Assembly: GCA_964471255.1 (NCBI GenBank)
Contig: CAYYFB010000002.1
Location: forward strand, 42,283-106,282
Direction: 5' to 3'
DNA: 64,000 bases
Origin: Candidatus Woesearchaeota archaeon
GTDB lineage: Archaea; Nanobdellota; Nanobdellia; CAYMVK01; CAYYFB01
Of this stretch, positions 57,927 to 64,000 are shown piece after piece. The notes under the pieces were generated by a model, which was given only the letters and a program-made list of their open reading frames with translations, did not search any database and had not been told where the DNA came from. Every line of letters starts with the position of its first letter. Within the stretch, counting starts at the first letter, position 1. The translations under genes and the position numbers were made by a program.

Positions 57927-58882
57927 GAAAATTTCCTTAAAAATGCTTCTAAAAAATATCTTGGAAACTTTCCTCCAGCTGCTTTAGGATGTCCTCCTCC
58001 ACTTCCTCTTAGGTCTTGACAAATTTTCCTAAAAAGTTTTCCCAAATCTATATCATCTAACTCCCTAGTTCTTGCCTCAAAATAGATGTGCTTTCCTTTT
58101 TCATTTAGAACAACTACCACTTTTTGCCTAATCGTATTTGCCAACACATTGGATAGATATCTGTGAATGGGCAAAGCATGATTTATCTTAAATATGACAA
58201 ACCTGTCATTTTCAAATATTTTATTTTGAGAAATGGTAGACAAAGCCTTTAGTTTTTCTCTCTCTGCTTTCTTTGAGAATCTTACTAGTTTAGAAGAATT
58301 AGGGGTTGTGCCTAACAAAGCTGTGGGGATGCTTAAATTATATGCCTCTATAAGAGATAGTACTGCTGTTTTTTTGGCTTCAATCCCAAATAGCTGTACT
58401 GAGGCCACAAGTCTGAGTGCCTTTTTAAGGAAATTTTCATCAATCTCATAGTATTTTCTCGCTAGATTAAGATGTTTTATATAAGATGGGTCTTTGTCTG
58501 AATATGCCCCTAAAGCTGCTATCCAGGCTTCTTTTTCATCTATAGCAAAGTTTTCGTAAACTAAGGTAGTTGTACACTTTCCTATTGAATGAATAATATC
58601 TACTGAGGAGGGAGGGTTTTCGTAAGGATGATGGTCTATGATCATAGTTGAATACTCCTCAAAAATTGCAGGATTTATTTCATCAATTGGAATATCTAAA
58701 ATGTAAATGTGATCAGGATTTATTTTCCTTATTAATTCAATTTCTTTATCCGTAAGCTCTGTATTAAAATCTGGAGATAGAAAATAAGGAAAGGTTTTCT
58801 CCTTATTCAAAACATACAATGAAAGAAGAGCTGCTGAACATATGCCATCTCCATCACCATGAAAGATAATCAGAGGTTTCAT
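57923..58882 (-). CDS. DHH/DHHA1 phosphoesterase (RecJ/GAN-like)
   Basis: It contains [21 protein letters not shown] and [12 protein letters not shown]. It is divergent from rfcL. Confidence 0.65.
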   Translation of the reverse strand: MKPLIIFHGDGDGICSAALLSLYVLNKEKTFPYFLSPDFNTELTDKEIELIRKINPDHIYILDIPIDEINPAIFEEYSTMIIDHHPYENPPSSVDIIHSIGKCTTTLVYENFAIDEKEAWIAALGAYSDKDPSYIKHLNLARKYYEIDENFLKKALRLVASVQLFGIEAKKTAVLSLIEAYNLSIPTALLGTTPNSSKLVRFSKKAEREKLKALSTISQNKIFENDRFVIFKINHALPIHRYLSNVLANTIRQKVVVVLNEKGKHIYFEARTRELDDIDLGKLFRKICQDLRGSGGGHPKAAGGKFPRYFLEAFLRKFS

Positions 58883-58892
58883 AGAAGATAAT

Positions 58893-60098
58893 ATGATATA
58901 CTGGACCGAAAAATACGCACCAAAAAAACTTAACGAAATAGTTGGTCAAGAAAAAGGAATAAAAGAATTAAAAGAGTTTGTTGAAAATTTTAAGCCTGGA
59001 TCTGCACTCCTTATTTATGGGCCTCCTGGAGTAGGGAAGACGGCTTCTGTAAGGGCTTTAGCCAATGAGTATGGATATGATCTTTTAGAAGTCAATGCAT
59101 CAGATGAAAGATCTTCCCAAAAGATTAGAACTATAATTGGCACTGCATGTAAGTTTCAAAGTCTTTTTGGAAGGAAAAGATTGGTTCTTATAGATGAAAT
59201 TGACGGAATGTCTGCAAGGGGGGATAGAGGGGGTATTAGGGAAATTATAAGGATAATAAAAGAAAGCAAGGTTCCTATTATCCTAATAGCTAACGACCCC
59301 TGGGAAAGAAAATTGGCACCTTTGAGAAGACTTTGTAAGTTAGTTAAGTTTGATTCTATTTCCCCTGGCCTTATAGTTAAACATCTAATAAAGATAGCAA
59401 AAAGTGAAGGCATCTTTGTTGATTATGATGTTTTAAGAGAGATCGCCCGAAGAGCAAGAGGGGACCTAAGAGCAGCAATAAATGATTTGCAAACCCTTTC
59501 CATAGGAAAAAAAGTAATAAAAAAGGAAGATTTAACTATTTTGGGATATAGAGACAAAGAAATCTCCATTTTCCAAGCTCTAGGTACTATTTTTAAATCT
59601 AAAAGTATCCGCAATGTTATTGGGATAACATCAACTCTGGATATCGATATACCAGAATTTATCCTTTGGATAGAGGAGAATATTGGTCGGGAATATGAAA
59701 GACTGGATGAAAAATACAAAGCGATGTATTATGTCTCAAGAGCAGACCAGTTCCACGGAAGAACCATCAAAACAGGAAATTGGAGATTTCTATACGTCTA
59801 CTCAGTATTATTAGCTACGATGGGTGTTCTTGTTTCAAAAAGAGAACCTTATAGGAAATTTACTTCCTATAAAAGACCTGAAAAACTAAAAAAACTCAAA
59901 GAATTATATGAAAAAAGGCAAATAATAAGAGAGAATGTCAAAAAGATAGCAAAACATTTGCACGAATCTACAAAAGAGATAATGAACGTTTACGCCCCCT
60001 TTTTCAAATTCTGGCTAAGAGATAAAAAAACAAGGAGAGAATTCGCAAGAAGGTATGATATAAGTGAAAGTTTTGTAGATCTTTTAACTGAGTTATGA
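58893..60098 (+). CDS. rfcL: Replication factor C large subunit
   Basis: It contains [26 protein letters not shown] and LIDEIDG. Confidence 0.8.
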   Translation: MIYWTEKYAPKKLNEIVGQEKGIKELKEFVENFKPGSALLIYGPPGVGKTASVRALANEYGYDLLEVNASDERSSQKIRTIIGTACKFQSLFGRKRLVLIDEIDGMSARGDRGGIREIIRIIKESKVPIILIANDPWERKLAPLRRLCKLVKFDSISPGLIVKHLIKIAKSEGIFVDYDVLREIARRARGDLRAAINDLQTLSIGKKVIKKEDLTILGYRDKEISIFQALGTIFKSKSIRNVIGITSTLDIDIPEFILWIEENIGREYERLDEKYKAMYYVSRADQFHGRTIKTGNWRFLYVYSVLLATMGVLVSKREPYRKFTSYKRPEKLKKLKELYEKRQIIRENVKKIAKHLHESTKEIMNVYAPFFKFWLRDKKTRREFARRYDISESFVDLLTEL

Positions 60099-60106
60099 GT
60101 GAGAGG

Positions 60107-62140
60107 TTACAATAGGGCTATTTTTCCCTGCTCTGGTGAATATATCTCTCCGACTCTTTTTAATTCATCAAGAATTCTTAAAGTTTCGCTCTTCTCAATA
60201 CCAGCTTTTTCAGCCTCCATCAAGATTGTGTTTAAAGGAATCCTATTCTCATATTCCCTAGAAAGCCTTTCAAGCATCTCCATTATCCTACCAATTTTGT
60301 CTCTCTTACTCGCAGGTATGCCTGTCATTATCCTATCAATGTCTATTGCATTAGACCCAGGCTCTAATCCTACTTCCCTTAAGAAATACTTCATTAGCCT
60401 AATCGCTTTTAATGCATCTTCTCTTTCTACCTTCTCCTTAAGTCTAACTTTTGCATAAGCTTCCGACATTCTTATTAGAGCTTCTAATTGTCTTGGGGAA
60501 ATAGGTATAGGTTTCATTCCCTCATCACCTGGCTTTACACTTCCTCTTAATGTTAAATAAAAGTCTTTTATTTCTTTCATAGCTTCTTCTGTAAGCTTTG
60601 GCCTACAGTATTTCCGGGCATAGATAATATATTTTTTTAATAAATCATAGGGAATCTGTGGTTTTTTCTCCTCAGGATTCATATGAGATTTCAACATGAA
60701 CTCTGCAACATATTTATCTTTTTCTTTATCTGGAATATCCCTTAATGGAAATATTAGATCAAACCTGTTAATTAAAGTCGGAGGTAAATTTATCTGTTCT
60801 GGAATTGGCCTATAGGGATCAAATCTTCCAAATTTTGGATTTGCAGCAGCAAGAACTGAGGTCTCTGCTTTGAGTACTGCATGAATATTCGCTTTTGCTA
60901 TACTTATGGTGTTCTGTTCCAAAGCCTCATGGAACGCCGCTATATCTTCCTTTCTTACTTGATCTAATTCATCTACACAAAGTAAACCTCCGCTCATCAG
61001 CACTAGAGGTCCTGCTTCTAAACACCAACCTCCTAATATTTCATCCCTTACCACTGTAGCTGAAATTCCTGGACCAGTTATCCCTTTGCCAGAGACATAA
61101 GTTGCTCTTGGAGCTATAGCAGCAACATGCTTAAGTATCTGGCTCTTCCCCACTCCAGGATCTCCTACAAGCAAAATATGAATTAATCCCCTGGTCTTAG
61201 TACCATCCGGCCTTTTTTTCTCTACCCCTCCAAAGAGTTGGAGCATTATTGCTTCCTTGATTTCTCTATAACCCGCTATAGACGGTGCTATGCTATTTAT
61301 TATTCTCTCTTCAAGATCGGGAAGTTCCGAAAGTTTCTTAATTTCTTTTATATCTTCTTCTGTTAGCCCTTCTTCTTCAAATTTTGCCTCTAATGCCTCT
61401 ATGTTATTCGCTTCTATGAGATACTCGTACATCTCTTTCCCTCTAACTTTTGTTTTCTTCAGAATACCTATAATTCTTATCCTTCTCCCAGGAATCACAT
61501 ATCTCTGGAAAAATGGGTCAACAAGATCATCCAGAAGAAGCACATCTACCCTCCTTGGCTGTCCTTCTACTCTTTCGGGTATTTCTTCAACTATTAATCT
61601 CTGGGCATCTCTAAGAACCTCTCTAATTGGTTTTGAAGGTAGCAATCTCTTACATATTTTACAAAAAAGATTTCTAGGCGGCTTAGTCAGCGGTTCCACT
61701 TCAAATTCCCATTCCTTTCCACAATAATCACATTTATATATAAAACTTTTTGGTATTGGCCTTACATCACTGGCTGTTTTTATTATCCCCTCAATGACAA
61801 TAAGTTTTCCTATATGAACACTTCTTAGGTTCCTTATTTCATGATAACAGCTAGGGGGCAGCTCTGTAAACCTTACTCTAATCTCTTCTTTTCTACCTAT
61901 TCCTAGCTCCTTTAAAGAGGGGGGCTTAATAGACCTAATAGCATCTTCTATTAGCCTTATTGTTGTTTTTGGATCTTTAAGTATGGCTTCTGCAAGTTTA
62001 AAACTTCTTTTTTCAATCTCCCCGAAATTTAATACGATACTTTTCCTTCCTTTCTGGAGGGCTTCGACTAGTTCGTCGTATATTTCTTCTAGAAACTTTT
62101 CTATTTCTTTTTTTAGCTCCTCCTTAAATCTGTCTTTCAT
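60107..62140 (-). CDS. mcm: Minichromosome maintenance (MCM) replicative helicase
   Basis: It has the zinc motif CDYCG...CKICK, Walker A GDPGVGKSQ, an arginine finger region SRFDLIF-like (NRFDLIF) and a wH C-terminus. No intein is present. Confidence 0.9.
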   Translation of the reverse strand: MKDRFKEELKKEIEKFLEEIYDELVEALQKGRKSIVLNFGEIEKRSFKLAEAILKDPKTTIRLIEDAIRSIKPPSLKELGIGRKEEIRVRFTELPPSCYHEIRNLRSVHIGKLIVIEGIIKTASDVRPIPKSFIYKCDYCGKEWEFEVEPLTKPPRNLFCKICKRLLPSKPIREVLRDAQRLIVEEIPERVEGQPRRVDVLLLDDLVDPFFQRYVIPGRRIRIIGILKKTKVRGKEMYEYLIEANNIEALEAKFEEEGLTEEDIKEIKKLSELPDLEERIINSIAPSIAGYREIKEAIMLQLFGGVEKKRPDGTKTRGLIHILLVGDPGVGKSQILKHVAAIAPRATYVSGKGITGPGISATVVRDEILGGWCLEAGPLVLMSGGLLCVDELDQVRKEDIAAFHEALEQNTISIAKANIHAVLKAETSVLAAANPKFGRFDPYRPIPEQINLPPTLINRFDLIFPLRDIPDKEKDKYVAEFMLKSHMNPEEKKPQIPYDLLKKYIIYARKYCRPKLTEEAMKEIKDFYLTLRGSVKPGDEGMKPIPISPRQLEALIRMSEAYAKVRLKEKVEREDALKAIRLMKYFLREVGLEPGSNAIDIDRIMTGIPASKRDKIGRIMEMLERLSREYENRIPLNTILMEAEKAGIEKSETLRILDELKRVGEIYSPEQGKIALL

Positions 62141-62703
62141 CCTTTTTGAATTTCTCTTATCCTCTTTATTAGGTTAGTTGTTTCCTCTTTTGCTTCTTTG
62201 AGACTTTTTGCACCGGTACAAACAACCCTACCTGAACTAAAGATAAGAAAAGTTATGCTTTTTTCTTTAGAATAGGGTTTATATATAACCCCTGGAAATT
62301 GATCAGGATCATATTCAGCGCCCTCAAGCTCCATAGCTACTTTATTAAGGTTTATTTTCATCTTAAGATCTCCAGAAAGAACAATATTCTGAATTTGATA
62401 CTCAGGTTCTTTAGGAAAATCGACACCCGCTTTTCTTAAACAAGAAATAAGTTCATCAACAAGCCTTTTTACCTCTTCTTCATCCTTGGCTCCAGTTATT
62501 ACGGCTTTTCCGGAGCTAAAAACAAGGGCCGTCTTGCTAGGTTCAGCTTTTGGACTCAATCTAAGAACTAAACCAGGAAATTCTTCAGGATTATAAATTG
62601 CATTTTCTAATTGAAGAGAAACCCTTTCTAAGGGAATTCTAGTGTGCAATCTAACCGTAGTTACCATATTTTGAACCGAAAGCTTCACCTCCATACTTCT
62701 CAT
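62137..62703 (-). CDS. tbp: TATA-box-binding protein
   Basis: It has two TBP repeats (NMVTTVRL..., NIVLSGDL...). The true start is possibly MEVKLSV at 62694. Confidence 0.9.
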   Translation of the reverse strand: MRSMEVKLSVQNMVTTVRLHTRIPLERVSLQLENAIYNPEEFPGLVLRLSPKAEPSKTALVFSSGKAVITGAKDEEEVKRLVDELISCLRKAGVDFPKEPEYQIQNIVLSGDLKMKINLNKVAMELEGAEYDPDQFPGVIYKPYSKEKSITFLIFSSGRVVCTGAKSLKEAKEETTNLIKRIREIQKG

Positions 62704-62713
62704 TTAAATATCC

Positions 62714-62738
62714 CTTTATAAGGTGTTGCATTAAATAG
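62714..62738. promoter_or_regulatory. Divergent TATA-like boxes between tbp and rfcS
   Basis: CTTTATAAGG lies about 24 nt from the internal tbp ATG at 62694, and TTAAATAG lies about 25 nt from the rfcS ATG at 62759. Confidence 0.35.
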
Positions 62739-62749
62739 TCTTTATAAAG

Positions 62750-63733
62750 GTGAAAAGCATGTTTGAGGTTTGGACCGAGAAATATAGGCCAAAAACTTTT
62801 GACGAAGTAAGGGACCAGGAAGAAATAAAGAACACTGTAAGAGCAATGGTCGAGTCGGGTAACCTACCTCATCTCTTATTTGCCGGCCCACCAGGAACAG
62901 GAAAAACAACGCTTGCTCTAGTCACTGCGAGAACATTATATGGAGAACAGTGGAGAGACAATACTTTAGAGCTAAATGCGTCAGATGAACGGGGCATAGA
63001 CGTGATTAGAAGCAAAGTAAAGGATTTTGCTAGGACAAGACCAATAGGGGAGGCTGCTTTTAAGCTTATTATTCTAGATGAGGCAGATGCTCTTACTTCT
63101 GATGCTCAACAGGCTTTGAGGAGAATCATGGAAAATTACACAGCAACGTGCAGATTTATCCTTATTTGCAACTATTCTTCAAGAATTATTGACCCTATTC
63201 AGTCTAGATGTGCTGTATTTAGATTTAGACCATTACCAAAGAAAGATTGTATAGGAATGCTTGCAGATATAGCACAAAGCGAAGGATTGAGTATAGATAA
63301 GGAAGCTCTAGAAGCAATATATGATATCTCGGAAGGAGACATGAGAAAAGCAATAAATATACTTCAGTCCTGTGCTGCGGTTAGCAAAGAAATAACGGCC
63401 GATAAGGTTTATGAGATATCTTCAGTAGCAAGACCTGAAGAGGTAAGGGAAGTATTGGACCTTGCCCTTAAGGGGAATTTCCTTAAAGCAAGGGACTTAC
63501 TATCAGATCTAATGATAAAATATGGACTGGCGGGGGAAGATATAGTTAGACAAATCCAAAGAAGAATTATTGGATTAGGGATACCTGATGACGCCAAGGT
63601 AAAAATGTTGGATAAACTTGGAGAAATTGAATTTAGAATGACTGAAGGATCGGACCCACTAATCCAATTAGATGCCTTTCTAGCATACCTTGGGGTTCTT
63701 GGGAAAGAAATAAAAAGTAGTAAATCAGAATAA
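62750..63733 (+). CDS. rfcS: Replication factor C small subunit
   Basis: It contains [31 protein letters not shown] and SRC. No intein is present. The likely ATG start is at 62759. Confidence 0.9.
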   Translation: MKSMFEVWTEKYRPKTFDEVRDQEEIKNTVRAMVESGNLPHLLFAGPPGTGKTTLALVTARTLYGEQWRDNTLELNASDERGIDVIRSKVKDFARTRPIGEAAFKLIILDEADALTSDAQQALRRIMENYTATCRFILICNYSSRIIDPIQSRCAVFRFRPLPKKDCIGMLADIAQSEGLSIDKEALEAIYDISEGDMRKAINILQSCAAVSKEITADKVYEISSVARPEEVREVLDLALKGNFLKARDLLSDLMIKYGLAGEDIVRQIQRRIIGLGIPDDAKVKMLDKLGEIEFRMTEGSDPLIQLDAFLAYLGVLGKEIKSSKSE

Positions 63734-63734
63734 A

Positions 63735-64000
63735 TTATTCGTACCTTAAAGCCTCGGCCGGGTGGATTGAGGCAGCCTTCTTAGCAGGGAAATATCCTGC
63801 CACCAACCCCGATAGAAGAGAAAACAAGATAGGAATTAAAAAAGACATAGCATCAACTTTACACTTGTATCCTTCAATTATCTTCTCTTTAATTATCTTT
63901 TCTGAAGAAAGAGTTGCTAGATATCCTAGTAATGTCCCCATTATACCACCAATAGCGCAAATTATAACAGATTCCATTAAAAATATTTTTAATATTTGTT
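63735..64000 (-). CDS. ABC transporter permease, FtsX/MacB-like C-terminal fragment (5' end outside the window)
   Basis: The C-terminus is GLVAGYFPAKKAASIHPAEALRYE, and the frame stays open to the window edge. Confidence 0.6.
   Translation of the reverse strand, partial: QILKIFLMESVIICAIGGIMGTLLGYLATLSSEKIIKEKIIEGYKCKVDAMSFLIPILFSLLSGLVAGYFPAKKAASIHPAEALRYE

Noticed and set aside
1-64000. I looked for a CRISPR array, rRNA genes, IS elements or transposases.
   Set aside because: Reading through the window turned up no regularly spaced direct repeats, no rRNA-like conserved stretches and no transposase or integrase-like ORFs.

Overview
This is an AT-rich (roughly one-third G+C by eye) archaeal chromosome segment, densely coding on both strands. 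I support about 75 protein genes, 4 tRNAs (one with an intron), 1-2 C/D-box sRNAs, one intein and 2-3 decayed genes. No rRNA, CRISPR array, transposase or integrase was seen. Information-processing genes dominate: TFB, TBP, MCM, RFC large and small subunits, PolD large subunit, a short XPF/ERCC4 nuclease, NreA and two RecJ-like DHH proteins. Also present are RNA polymerase subunits D and N, r-proteins uS2, eS8, uS13, uS4, uS11 and eL15, HisRS and a catalytic-domain-only ThrRS. Housekeeping metabolism includes guaB, pyrBI, glmS, tpiA, sufCB, dcd, thiI and an AOR-family enzyme. PolD together with eukaryote-like replication and transcription genes says archaeon; I cannot assign a lineage from sequence alone. 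The most unusual signal is not a gene. The GC-rich 8-mer CTGGAGCG (extended consensus about TTCTGGAGCGG) occurs at least 36 times exactly by hand count, plus many one-mismatch variants. It lies on both strands, in several reading frames of unrelated genes and in intergenic DNA, and uses codons that are otherwise rare here. A base-composition expectation is below one copy in 64 kb. Some copies share 17-nt identity across unrelated genes and frames, and there are local pile-ups and inverted pairs at gene ends. This resembles uptake-signal, Chi-like or protein-landing-site architecture and needs genome-wide statistics. Secondary observations are listed below:
- a mini-intein splitting the P-loop of a PIN/KH ATPase
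- a GT2 gene whose conserved N-terminus has no canonical start but is reachable by a -1 shift at A_AAA_AAG from the upstream CYTH-like ORF
- pilin-like LamG paralogs
- an uncharacterised NTase-domain protein
- an unlisted 54-aa four-CxxC zinc-ribbon gene
- decayed vapC and ATPase genes
All coordinates for hand-located motifs may be off by 1-2 nt.
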